Shown: one piece after another, positions 1 through 8,596 of the stretch
How positions within the stretch are numbered: the stretch's first letter is position 1
How the letters are laid out: every line of letters begins with the position of its first letter
Assembly: GCA_031270475.1 (NCBI GenBank)
Contig: JAISXO010000046.1
Span: 1-44,350, forward strand
Direction of reading: 5' to 3'
Length of the DNA stretch: 44,350 bases
From: Puniceicoccales bacterium
GTDB taxonomy: Bacteria > Verrucomicrobiota > Verrucomicrobiia > Opitutales > LL51
Program-made: the position numbers and the translations under genes
The notes under the pieces: model-generated
Seen by the model: the letters and a program-made list of their open reading frames with translations, nothing else
What the model was told of the DNA's origin: nothing
Database searches by the model: none

Positions 1-117
1 AATCCCGGTAGGGATTGGGCCTTTGGCCCCCCGCGGCGAAGCCGCGGGGCCGAGCTGGCGAAAAAGAGGTCAAGGAGTTTGTGCCTCCTTGAGAGGGATG
101 AGGCAGAGTTCCGTGGA
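1..117. repeat. GC-rich palindromic REP-like element, truncated by the window edge: half of a four-way-junction module, a CCGCGGC-GAA-GCCGCGG hairpin and a degenerate CAAGGAG..CTCCTTG / GGGGCAGAGCCCC module
   Basis: 1-26 is the exact reverse complement of 2231-2256; hairpin at 29-49; TCAAGGAG/CTCCTTGA hairpin at ~70-92. Confidence 0.85.
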
Positions 118-242
118 TGGATAAATTTTTTGCGGAAGACCAGAAAAGGAAGCTTTTTAGCAACAAAAATATCCAAAGCAAAAAAAATAATTGACAAAGT
201 CATTTGGTCTCAAAAAAATTACAGCGAAAGGTATATCAGCTT

Positions 243-2108
243 ATGGACAAAACGGTCATTGAACAAATTGCACGGAAACAGCCGCTTCTCGAGCGGGAAC
301 TCGAAAAATTAGAAAATATCAGTGATGGGACTTATTGTGTCCATCAAAGCTGGGGTTTAGGCCAAATTTTGGGCTACGAATCCGCGACGAATGTATTAAA
401 AATTGTTTTTGAAGACCAAACGGAACATCGAATGAATCCTGTCTTTTGTGTCAAAAAGCTGGAGATTTTGTCCGATAACAATATCCTTGTACAATTTAAA
501 AATAATCCCGATATGATTTTTGCGAAGGCTAAAAATGAACCCGTTGCACTTATCCGCTCACTCATCGAAAATACTCCCCATAAGGAGTTGGCATTGAGCG
601 AAATTGAATTCATTTTTAAGCGCATTATTGGCGAATCTGGATTTCGTCGTTGGTGGTCGAGTACAAAAAAATTACTTGCAAAAGATCCCCTGATTACTTT
701 GTCGCCTAAGCGTCTCAATACTTATATTTTGCGGGAACAGCCCGTTAGCATCGAAGAAGATATCATGGATCAAATCCAAATGAATAAGGATCCCATTAAG
801 AAAATTGAGATCGCCGCGAAAATTTTGGATCTACCACGGGAAAATCAGGAAGTCATTGCCATCGAAATTAAGAAGGTCGTCGACGATTTGAGTGCTATTC
901 TTGGAGCAAATGATAAGCGTCTATCGATTGCGCAGAAATTGGCCTGTTGCTGGATTCGCAATGATTTGGCTGGAATTATCGGCGATGAAATTGAATATTT
1001 TGAACCGACGCCGGAATCCCTAATTCGCGATTGTAATAATTTGGGCAAATTGGTCGAAGAACTACCCTCCAATTACTATGAACGATTTTTGCTCCTAGTG
1101 ACCTGCGCATTTCCCGATGAATGGGAGTCTCGCTGTGCTAATTTATTAAAAAACAGTCAGGGGAAATTTACAAATGAATGTGTTTTGTTTCTCATTGAAC
1201 GTGGTTGTCACGACTTTTTAAGGGATTGTTTTAATCGTTGGCTAGGCGAACGTGCCTTAAAATCGCCGGTTTTGCATTGGATTATTAAGAATCGCCACGT
1301 GCGAAAATTTGCCGATGTTATTTCTAAGGAATTGGTTGGGTATAAACTTCTCAATGCAATTTTCCTAGCCATCGATATGGAAGCGCTAGCCAATGCTTCG
1401 TCGAAGCGGATTCCTTTGGCCGAATTGGTCAGCGAAGATCGTAACTTGATCCGCGATTTACTTTCCGATGCAACGGAAGAACATGCGCGAAGCTTGTGTC
1501 AAATGTTAATGCAAAATCAGTGGTTCGATTCGCTGACAAAAAAATTGTTGTTTGCACGGTTTATTAAGGAATTTCCTTCGGTTCAAACCCTAATTTCTGA
1601 TAAGCTTTCCGATAAACAAAGCGCGGATGCTTCCCTTATGGTTTCTCGAGAGAGCTTCGATGCAAAGAAGAAGGAATACGAAATATTGATTAATGAAAAA
1701 ATTCCAGCCAATAAAAAGGCCATCGAAATTGCCCGTGAACAAGGCGATCTCAGTGAAAATTCAGAGTACAAAATGGCACGGCAAGATCAAAGTATTTTGT
1801 TGTCGCGGCGTGATCAATTGGAAATCGATCTCAAAAAGGCGCAAATTATTGATTTTGTTACGGCAAGCGATGATGTGGTGGGCATCGGTACTGTCGTTCA
1901 TTTGGTAAATGCATCCAATGAAAGTGCAGAATATGCGATTTTGGGCGCCTGGGATGGTGATCCCGATAATAATGTCCTTTCCTATAAAACACCCTTGGCT
2001 CAGGCACTGCTCGCAAAACAGGTCGGTGATGATGTGGAAATAACGATCGGTGATCAAGTTTCATCATGGAAAATTAAAGCCATTAGGCGCTATGTGGATT
2101 GTGTGTGA
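243..2108 (+). CDS. greA: GreA/GreB-family transcription elongation factor with a large N-terminal extension (PVC/Chlamydia-type long GreA)
   Basis: C-terminal GreA motifs AREQGDLSENSEY and SYKTPLAQALL; ORF track 204..2108, first ATG at 243. Confidence 0.88.
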   Translation: MDKTVIEQIARKQPLLERELEKLENISDGTYCVHQSWGLGQILGYESATNVLKIVFEDQTEHRMNPVFCVKKLEILSDNNILVQFKNNPDMIFAKAKNEPVALIRSLIENTPHKELALSEIEFIFKRIIGESGFRRWWSSTKKLLAKDPLITLSPKRLNTYILREQPVSIEEDIMDQIQMNKDPIKKIEIAAKILDLPRENQEVIAIEIKKVVDDLSAILGANDKRLSIAQKLACCWIRNDLAGIIGDEIEYFEPTPESLIRDCNNLGKLVEELPSNYYERFLLLVTCAFPDEWESRCANLLKNSQGKFTNECVLFLIERGCHDFLRDCFNRWLGERALKSPVLHWIIKNRHVRKFADVISKELVGYKLLNAIFLAIDMEALANASSKRIPLAELVSEDRNLIRDLLSDATEEHARSLCQMLMQNQWFDSLTKKLLFARFIKEFPSVQTLISDKLSDKQSADASLMVSRESFDAKKKEYEILINEKIPANKKAIEIAREQGDLSENSEYKMARQDQSILLSRRDQLEIDLKKAQIIDFVTASDDVVGIGTVVHLVNASNESAEYAILGAWDGDPDNNVLSYKTPLAQALLAKQVGDDVEITIGDQVSSWKIKAIRRYVDCV

Positions 2109-2198
2109 TTGAGGAGTGCTTTTTCCCCCGTAAGTCAACTCGGAGGGCGCTGTTGCCTGGGTTCCTTAATTTTTTTGTGGCCGAGTTTGGAGCAAATG

Positions 2199-2368
2199 CT
2201 CGGCCCCCACCCGCGGCGAAGCCGCGGGGGCCAAAGGCCCAATCCCTACCGGGATTGGCAACAAAGTTGCTGCCCTCGTCGCTTCGCGACGAGGGCGGGC
2301 CTTTGGTCGAAATCCGGGTTCAAGGAATGGTATTTCCTGGCGGGGATTTTAAGGGCGCATAGTCCTTA
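2199..2368. repeat. Composite REP-like element: GAA hairpin (2211-2227), perfect four-way junction (2231-2306) and degenerate third module
   Basis: Stem 2231-2240/2297-2306 encloses hairpins 2241-2256, 2257-2271 and 2272-2296; lies between convergent greA and gatA. Confidence 0.9.
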
Positions 2369-3832
2369 GGCCATGTTGGGGAAGCATCGATAAAAGTCGT
2401 GTGCAATTTCGAATTGATGGGCAACGGAAAGCAATTCGGACTCGTGAAATGCTCTACCGATCAATTGAAAGCCGATGGGCAGACCTACCTTTGAAAATCC
2501 ACAAGGAATGGAAATGCCAGGTAAGCCAGCCAAATTTACCGCTACGGTATAGATATCTTCCAAATACATTTGTAAAGGATCATCCATTTTTTCGCCAAAT
2601 TTAAAGGCAGTTGCTGGGGATGCGGGTGATAGAATGACGTCTACAGCTTCGAATGCCCTAGCGAAATCTTCACGAATCCGTGTCCTAACTTTTTGCGCAC
2701 GAATATAATAGGCATCCAAGTGATCACTACTCAATACATAGGTTCCTAAAATGATACGTCGTTTAGCTTCCGAGCCAAAGCCTTCCGTCCGAGATTTGAA
2801 ATAAATATCCAGGGCATTCGTCGTCTTTGGACTACGCCTAGAGTAACGAATGCCATCGAAACGTGCCAGATTAGAAGAAACTTCCGCTGTCATAATCGTA
2901 TAATACGTTGGGATTGCGTAAAGGATATTGGGCAGGGAAATATTGATTATGGAGTAGCCATTTTTCCGATAAAATTCGATGGCATTTTCGATGGTCTGGC
3001 GGACTTCCCCGTCAAGACCTTCCGAAAAATATTCCTTTGGAACGCCAATACGACGAGGTTGTCGATCATTTTTTAATAATTGTCGATAGTTAGGAATTTC
3101 CGTTTTACAGCTCGTAGAATCGCGGTCATCGTAGCCGGCAATAACCTGTAGGAGGAGTGCCAGATCTATTACATTATGGGCGAAGGGTCCAATTTGATCA
3201 AGGGAACTCGCCATTGCCGATAATCCATAGCGGCTAACGAGGCCATAGGTTGGCTTTAATCCCGTTATACCGCAGCAAGTCGCCGGTTGACGCACCGATC
3301 CCCCCGTATCGGAGCCGAGGGCAATGGGGACTTCTCCTACACAAACTGCTGCCGCTGATCCGCCACTACTGCCTCCGGGGACATACTCCAAATTCCAGGG
3401 GTTATGCGTCTTTTGATAGGCCGAATTTTCTGTAGAAGATCCCATGGCGAATTCATCCAGGTTCAAACGTCCGAAGAGGACTGCTCCGGCTTCATATAAG
3501 CGTTCCGTAACCGTCGCGTCGTAGGGACTGATGTAGTGTTCCAAAATTTTGCTACCACAGGTCAAGGGCTGTCCTTTTTCCGCAATGATATCCTTCATAC
3601 CGATAGGAATACCGTCCAATGGTCCGAATACTTGTCCTTTAGCCCGTCGCTCATCGGAAGCTTTGGCCTGTCTAAGGGATTTTTCTTCATCGAGCGATAG
3701 GAATGCTTGAATTTTAGGTTCTACGGCTCGGGTACGTTTGAGAAAAATTTGGATTAATTCCACAGCAGATATCGATTTTTGCGTTAGCATTTGTGCCAGT
3801 TCTTCTGCTGATTTAAAAAAAAGTTCTTCCAT
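2366..3832 (-). CDS. gatA: Asp/Glu-tRNA(Asn/Gln) amidotransferase subunit A
   Basis: Amidase signature PGGSSGGSAAAV, GSDTGGSVRQPA, SSNLARFDGIRY. Confidence 0.97.
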   Translation of the reverse strand: MEELFFKSAEELAQMLTQKSISAVELIQIFLKRTRAVEPKIQAFLSLDEEKSLRQAKASDERRAKGQVFGPLDGIPIGMKDIIAEKGQPLTCGSKILEHYISPYDATVTERLYEAGAVLFGRLNLDEFAMGSSTENSAYQKTHNPWNLEYVPGGSSGGSAAAVCVGEVPIALGSDTGGSVRQPATCCGITGLKPTYGLVSRYGLSAMASSLDQIGPFAHNVIDLALLLQVIAGYDDRDSTSCKTEIPNYRQLLKNDRQPRRIGVPKEYFSEGLDGEVRQTIENAIEFYRKNGYSIINISLPNILYAIPTYYTIMTAEVSSNLARFDGIRYSRRSPKTTNALDIYFKSRTEGFGSEAKRRIILGTYVLSSDHLDAYYIRAQKVRTRIREDFARAFEAVDVILSPASPATAFKFGEKMDDPLQMYLEDIYTVAVNLAGLPGISIPCGFSKVGLPIGFQLIGRAFHESELLSVAHQFEIAHDFYRCFPNMA

Positions 3833-3834
3833 AA

Positions 3835-4122
3835 TTATTCTACAATTCGAGGGACAACAATCTGATTATTTTTTTGTTCCGGAGCATTCATAAGAGCTGT
3901 TTCGACGGAAAAATTTTCTCCGGGATCATCTGTCCGCAAAACATTGCTTTCTTCAAAAGGATGTAGAGTTGGTTCTACGCCGTTGACATCCACTTCCTTC
4001 AATTGCTGTAAGTGAGCGAGCATGGTGTCGAGTTGACCAGGAAGGGTTTTTTGTTCTTCATCTGTCAGCGCAAGACGACACAGCTTCGCAATGTGATCGA
4101 TATCGATATGTTCCAATGTCAT
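3835..4122 (-). CDS. gatC: Asp/Glu-tRNA amidotransferase subunit C
   Basis: IDHIAKLCRL...DVNGVEPT...NAPE...VVPRIVE; directly upstream of gatA; ATG at 4122. Confidence 0.93.
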   Translation of the reverse strand: MTLEHIDIDHIAKLCRLALTDEEQKTLPGQLDTMLAHLQQLKEVDVNGVEPTLHPFEESNVLRTDDPGENFSVETALMNAPEQKNNQIVVPRIVE

Positions 4123-4270
4123 ATTTCCGCTAAAAACTGCATAGTAAATCTCAAAGGTCAAGTTGTATTTCTCTCTGAGCTTGACGTCTACCACTTTTTG
4201 GTATTAATAAATTCTGTTTTAAGGATGAGACGTCGGTTAAATATGGCAAATAATTTAAAAAATATTAATA

Positions 4271-5074
4271 ATGGAGAATGCGCTACGATTGGAATCTTTG
4301 GTTGTTGATTATAAAAATCGGCGTCTTTTCCCTCGGAAAAGAGGCGGTGTCGTACGGGCAGTTGATGGCGTTTCGATGGCCCTAAAATGGGGAAAAATTA
4401 TGGGAATTGTTGGCGAAAGCGGTAGCGGGAAATCTTCTTTGCTCAGAGCAATTTGTAAATTCGCTCCCGTTGAAAGTGGCCGCGTTTTTATCGAAAATGT
4501 CAATGTGACCAATTTTTCGGAGAAGGAATTTTTTCCCTATCGCAAAAAAATACAGATGATCCCTCAGGACTTTTGCGATACATTTAATCCCAAAATGACG
4601 GTTGAAAAAATTTTGGAAGAACCGTTGGAGATCCATTTTCCAGATCTAAATTCCAAAGAAAAAAAAATGCGCGTTCTCGAATTGTTGGAATCGGTGGAAT
4701 TGGATGAAGTCTTAATTGGTCGGTTTCCATCGCAATTGAGCGGAGGACAGCGGCAACGCATTTCCATCGCACGGGCTCTGGCAGTGAATCCTAAAATATT
4801 GATTTGCGATGAAATCGTGAGTGCCTGCGATCTGTATACGCAAAAACAGATTCTATTGCTTTTACGAAAACTTAACCAAATAAAGCGTCTTACAATGTTA
4901 TTTGTTTCACACAATATTGCCGTTGTCTCCTATTTGTGCCATGATATTGCGATAATGTGCCAAGGAAAAATTCTTGAACTTGGCCCTTCGGAAAAGCTCT
5001 GTGGAGTTTCTAGCAATAGCTATATGCGATCCCTGATCGATGCCATTCCCCGCTTAAAAATGATAGGAAAATAA
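4271..5074 (+). CDS. Oligopeptide/dipeptide ABC transporter ATP-binding protein (OppF/DppF-like)
   Basis: Walker A GESGSGKS, LSGGQRQR signature, ILICDE Walker B, SH switch. Confidence 0.92.
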   Translation: MENALRLESLVVDYKNRRLFPRKRGGVVRAVDGVSMALKWGKIMGIVGESGSGKSSLLRAICKFAPVESGRVFIENVNVTNFSEKEFFPYRKKIQMIPQDFCDTFNPKMTVEKILEEPLEIHFPDLNSKEKKMRVLELLESVELDEVLIGRFPSQLSGGQRQRISIARALAVNPKILICDEIVSACDLYTQKQILLLLRKLNQIKRLTMLFVSHNIAVVSYLCHDIAIMCQGKILELGPSEKLCGVSSNSYMRSLIDAIPRLKMIGK

Positions 5075-5128
5075 TTGATTTTGAGCTCCAGGTTTAATAA
5101 ATCTTAAAAATAAATATCTCATTTTCTA

Positions 5129-5190
5129 ACGTGCCGCTCGTTCTTACCCTCTACTTTTCAGCCTTGGAAGAAAAGTGAAAGCTGTCAAGT
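5129..5190 (-). promoter_or_regulatory. 62-bp dispersed promoter-leader element, copy A (TTGACA-N17-AAGGCT plus 31-nt G-rich leader), divergent from the pilin-like gene
   Basis: Aligns without gaps to 6184-6245(-), 18335-18396(+) and 21507-21568(+). Confidence 0.7.
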
Positions 5191-5241
5191 TGTTTCTGAA
5201 AAAATAATTTCCGAAAAATAAAAATATTTTGTATTTTCCAG

Positions 5242-5269
5242 TTGACACGATTTACGAAATCGCGATAAT
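5242..5269 (+). promoter_or_regulatory. Putative sigma70 promoter of the pilin-like gene (TTGACA-N16-GATAAT)
   Basis: TTGACA 5242-5247, GATAAT 5264-5269; the paralogous loci keep the -35 but have lost the -10 region. Confidence 0.6.
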
Positions 5270-5286
5270 CATTATATGGTTTATTT

Positions 5287-5381
5287 ACAATGCAACAATG
5301 CAACAATGCAACAATGCAACAATGCAACAATGCAACAATGCAACAATGCAACAATGCAACAATGCAACAATGCAACAATGC
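5287..5381 (+). repeat. Perfect 8-bp tandem repeat (ACAATGCA) x ~11.9 containing 12 ATGs
   Basis: Read directly from the sequence; overlaps the translation start of the pilin-like gene. Confidence 0.98.
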
Positions 5382-6161
5382 GTAAAAAGTAAAAGTAAAT
5401 CTTTTACGCTGATTGAGATCGTTTTTACGATTTCCATCATTGGTATTTTGTTAGCCATTTTATTGCCCGCAATGAGTGCCATCAAACTCAATGCGCAGAA
5501 AGTAAAAGATCAGTCGAATTTACGAAAAATCGCCGAGGCCTGGAAAACTTTTTATGTGGAAAAAGGTATAGGTCATATAGGATCTGGGGATTGTACTGCT
5601 CTGGATATGGTTGCATCTTATGCTGGTACTTGGTGGAAAGATGGGCCCGTGTTAATAAATGATCCTCACGTTTATGTTTCCTCGGCTGATCGTTACGCTT
5701 CTCCCGTTCTCGGAGAGTCCGTTCTTGGCGATTTTCCCGGTGGGTTCCAGGGTACGGCCTTCAAGGCGGTTAATAATTTTCTGACAGATGGTGAAAGCGT
5801 CGTATTTAGTTATTGCCTCATTGATCGAATTGAGATCAGTGTTCCCCTGGAAACAACACCCATTGCCTTTACCCGTGGACTCAAAGAAAATGGCCTTTGG
5901 GACGAAAAAGCAGGCCTTTATGGCGCGAAAGGAGGCTTTGTTGTTTTCGGGGACGGTCACATAAGCTGGTTCGATGGAAGTAAACCAGCAAAATTCCTGA
6001 AATGGGATGGGTCGGGTTATACGAATAACATTGTGGAAGCATTACCTGCTGCCGGATATGGATTCGATGGAGCTTACATTGGCGCTGGATTTTATTTGCC
6101 AAGCGACTTAGAGAGTGAGCAGGACGGTTCGCGGATTTTGCTTAATGTAAACTACACCTGA
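5370..6161 (+). CDS. Prepilin-type N-terminal cleavage/methylation domain protein (pilin/pseudopilin-like, PVC 'DGH' family); only intact member of its variable subfamily
   Basis: MQQCVKSKSKS|FTLIE, hydrophobic helix, TPIAFTRGL, FGDGH; in-frame ATGs at 5298, 5322, 5346 and 5370, so the true start is uncertain. Confidence 0.85.
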   Translation: MQQCVKSKSKSFTLIEIVFTISIIGILLAILLPAMSAIKLNAQKVKDQSNLRKIAEAWKTFYVEKGIGHIGSGDCTALDMVASYAGTWWKDGPVLINDPHVYVSSADRYASPVLGESVLGDFPGGFQGTAFKAVNNFLTDGESVVFSYCLIDRIEISVPLETTPIAFTRGLKENGLWDEKAGLYGAKGGFVVFGDGHISWFDGSKPAKFLKWDGSGYTNNIVEALPAAGYGFDGAYIGAGFYLPSDLESEQDGSRILLNVNYT

Positions 6162-6183
6162 TTTTACTTGGTGCGTAATTTTT

Positions 6184-6245
6184 GTGTGCCACTCGCTCCC
6201 GCTCTTTACTTTCTAGCCTGTCTACCATTTATAAAACTGTTAAGT
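6184..6245 (-). promoter_or_regulatory. 62-bp promoter-leader element, copy B (TTAACA-N17-CAGGCT plus leader), pointing antisense into the 3' end of the pilin-like gene
   Basis: Direct repeat of copy A on the other side of the gene. Confidence 0.65.
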
Positions 6246-6339
6246 AATTTTTTTTAATTAATAAAAAATAAATCCTTTGCTTCGAAAAAGAATAATAGGT
6301 TGCATGTGTGTGTAAAGTTGCATCGTAGATGAAAATAGT

Positions 6340-7107
6340 ATGGATCGTATGAGCGAAAAATTGGGGAGTTTGTTTGCCGAAGCACGCCAAAAAAAAGGGC
6401 TTTCGCTGGATGAAGTGGCGGAAGCGATACACATTAAAGCGGAATATTTGGAAGCAATTGAAAATGAGCAATTTGATTTCAATTTGCCCGATATTTATCG
6501 CCGTGGGTTTTATAAGTCCTATGCCGATTTCCTTGGGCTAGATCGGGAGGCAATAATGCTCAAATGTCCTATTAAATCATTTGAAACACTGGAATCTTCT
6601 CAGAAACGTCGAGATATGGTGTCGCAGGTCGCCAAAAAAACGCAGGAAGTAAATCTCGATCAGGTAAAAACTTCATTTTCAGATGACATAGATGGAGCTC
6701 AGGAAGACTTTCAATCCCGGACCATGGACAGTATAACAGCCATAAAAATGATAGGTGTCATTGGTGGAACCGTTTTGCTTGTTTCGCTGCTGATATACCT
6801 AATTATTAGCATTGTTTCTCGTCCAAACCTATCGCCTTCAAAGGCCACACAACAGGAAAATATTAGTGCAATTGTTGAAAAGAAAATCACTATGCGAGCC
6901 AGTGGAGACGTCAAAGTGATGGTACGTTCCGAGGAAGATAAGGCGAAATTATTTTCAGGAATGGTACAAAAGGGTACGGAACAGATCGTTACCTATAGGG
7001 CACCGATTCAAATTTTCTTTGATCGGGGAGAGTTTTTGGTCATTGAATTAGCCAATGGGGAGTTTCTTCATCCCGACTCGGGACGCGGAGGCATTCAAAT
7101 AAAATAA
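6340..7107 (+). CDS. rodZ: RodZ-like HTH / transmembrane cell-shape protein
   Basis: N-terminal XRE HTH (LSLDEVAEAIHIKAEYLEAIE; YRRGFYKSYADFLGL), one TM segment, C-terminal beta domain. Confidence 0.75.
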   Translation: MDRMSEKLGSLFAEARQKKGLSLDEVAEAIHIKAEYLEAIENEQFDFNLPDIYRRGFYKSYADFLGLDREAIMLKCPIKSFETLESSQKRRDMVSQVAKKTQEVNLDQVKTSFSDDIDGAQEDFQSRTMDSITAIKMIGVIGGTVLLVSLLIYLIISIVSRPNLSPSKATQQENISAIVEKKITMRASGDVKVMVRSEEDKAKLFSGMVQKGTEQIVTYRAPIQIFFDRGEFLVIELANGEFLHPDSGRGGIQIK

Positions 7108-7144
7108 ATCTTCAAAAATCTTAGAATCTACTTAGATTCCAATT

Positions 7145-8596
7145 ATGCCTTTTGGTGAAGATTTTAAGTGGGTGCGTAAAATAAAATTGCTGAATAAAAT
7201 ATTGGGTATAGTGGTTATTGTACTCGTCGTTGTGGCCATTAATATATTTTCTCTGCACCATTTCATTCGCTTTGATTGGCAAAAGAAACACAATTTTGCC
7301 CTCGAAGAGTTTTCACTCAATGTGCTCAATATCTTGGAAGATCCCGTCGAAATTTGTCTTTTTTACGGCCGCTTACAGGACGATGCTATCCCTTTTTTTG
7401 TAAATGATTTGCGTAATTTATTGAAGGAATATAAACATGCAGCGCCCCAATGGATCAGAGTGAAATTTATTGATACGGTGCAACAGCAGCGCATGGCTGA
7501 GGAGTTATCTCTACGATTTGGGGCCGTTACGAGTAACAGTATCGTGATTTCGAATCGAGAGCATTTTCGCATTATTCCTGCCTTCGAGCTCTATGAATTT
7601 AAGGATGGTATTGTTTCTGGATTTAAGGGGGAGCGGATTATTTCCGACGAGATTTTAAAACTTTCCAACCGCGAAACAAAAAAGGTACTCTTTTCGATGG
7701 GCCATGGCGAAATCGACATTGATAGTGTACATCCGCTCTGTGGCAGTTCCAGTGTCAAGGAACTTCTTCGGCAAAACGGTTATCGGGTTGAAAAAGTGAA
7801 ATTGACGGAAAAGATTGACGATGGCAATGTGCGGCTACTCGTCATTGCTGGAGCTCAAACGAATTTTGCGGAAAAAGAAATCCAAATTTTGCGAAATTTT
7901 TTGAAACGGGATGGACGCATTTTAATCCTGCTCTCGCCGCCAAAGGTATGTGGTTTAGAAGATTTATTTTTCGACTGGGGGATTTTAGCCGACGACATGT
8001 TAGTTATTAGCAATAATGATCATTTGGGGATTTCCGGAGATAATATGATCGATAATTTCGCGGAACACCCGATCACCCAACCTATGATTACCATGCAATT
8101 GGTGGCGTTATTTGGATTATGTCAGCCGGTCCGCGTTGATATTGGAGCTCCGGCGAAACAGTACAGGGCACTGCCGTTATTATCTTCTGGAGAAAAAACA
8201 TTTGCAAAACTCGATTATTTACAGCGCAAGCTCCAGTACAATCCTTCGGAAGATTTAGCGGGGCCTGTTTCCGTATCCGTTTTATCGGAGCATATGATCG
8301 ATGAAAAAACTCCTGGAACACAGGGGAAAATACTGGTTATCGGGAGTGCAGATTTCGTCAATAACAATCGTTTTTGCGTTTTAGGGAACAAAATTTTATT
8401 CAACTCAATGGTAACGTGGCTATTAGAAGAAATGGATCCTCTGTCGATTTCCGTTAAAGTACGTCCTGCGGAAAATTACAAAATCACCCTTTCGCGGTCA
8501 GAGTTGTTTAAAATTGGGATTATTTTACTTTTAATTCCATTTTTTATTCTATTATTTGGCTATTTGGTCGCCTTTATTCGGAGGAACGCGCGATGA
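7145..8596 (+). CDS. GldG-like ABC-type auxiliary membrane component
   Basis: N- and C-terminal TMs, FSMGHGE motif, HPITQP, LVIGSADF..N...N. Confidence 0.75.
   Translation: MPFGEDFKWVRKIKLLNKILGIVVIVLVVVAINIFSLHHFIRFDWQKKHNFALEEFSLNVLNILEDPVEICLFYGRLQDDAIPFFVNDLRNLLKEYKHAAPQWIRVKFIDTVQQQRMAEELSLRFGAVTSNSIVISNREHFRIIPAFELYEFKDGIVSGFKGERIISDEILKLSNRETKKVLFSMGHGEIDIDSVHPLCGSSSVKELLRQNGYRVEKVKLTEKIDDGNVRLLVIAGAQTNFAEKEIQILRNFLKRDGRILILLSPPKVCGLEDLFFDWGILADDMLVISNNDHLGISGDNMIDNFAEHPITQPMITMQLVALFGLCQPVRVDIGAPAKQYRALPLLSSGEKTFAKLDYLQRKLQYNPSEDLAGPVSVSVLSEHMIDEKTPGTQGKILVIGSADFVNNNRFCVLGNKILFNSMVTWLLEEMDPLSISVKVRPAENYKITLSRSELFKIGIILLLIPFFILLFGYLVAFIRRNAR

Noticed and set aside
2099-2369. ORFs 2099-2362 and 2109-2369 (likewise 12828-13016, 15049-15243 and 28386-28683)
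   Set aside because: Open only because they cross GC-rich palindromic repeats; no protein features.
5287-5381. CRISPR array
   Set aside because: Contiguous 8-bp units with no spacers and no cas genes; the GC-rich hairpin elements are also dispersed rather than arrayed.
5151-5491. Minus-strand ORFs with (LLHCCIVA)n repeats
   Set aside because: Simply the antisense translation of the 8-bp tandem repeat.
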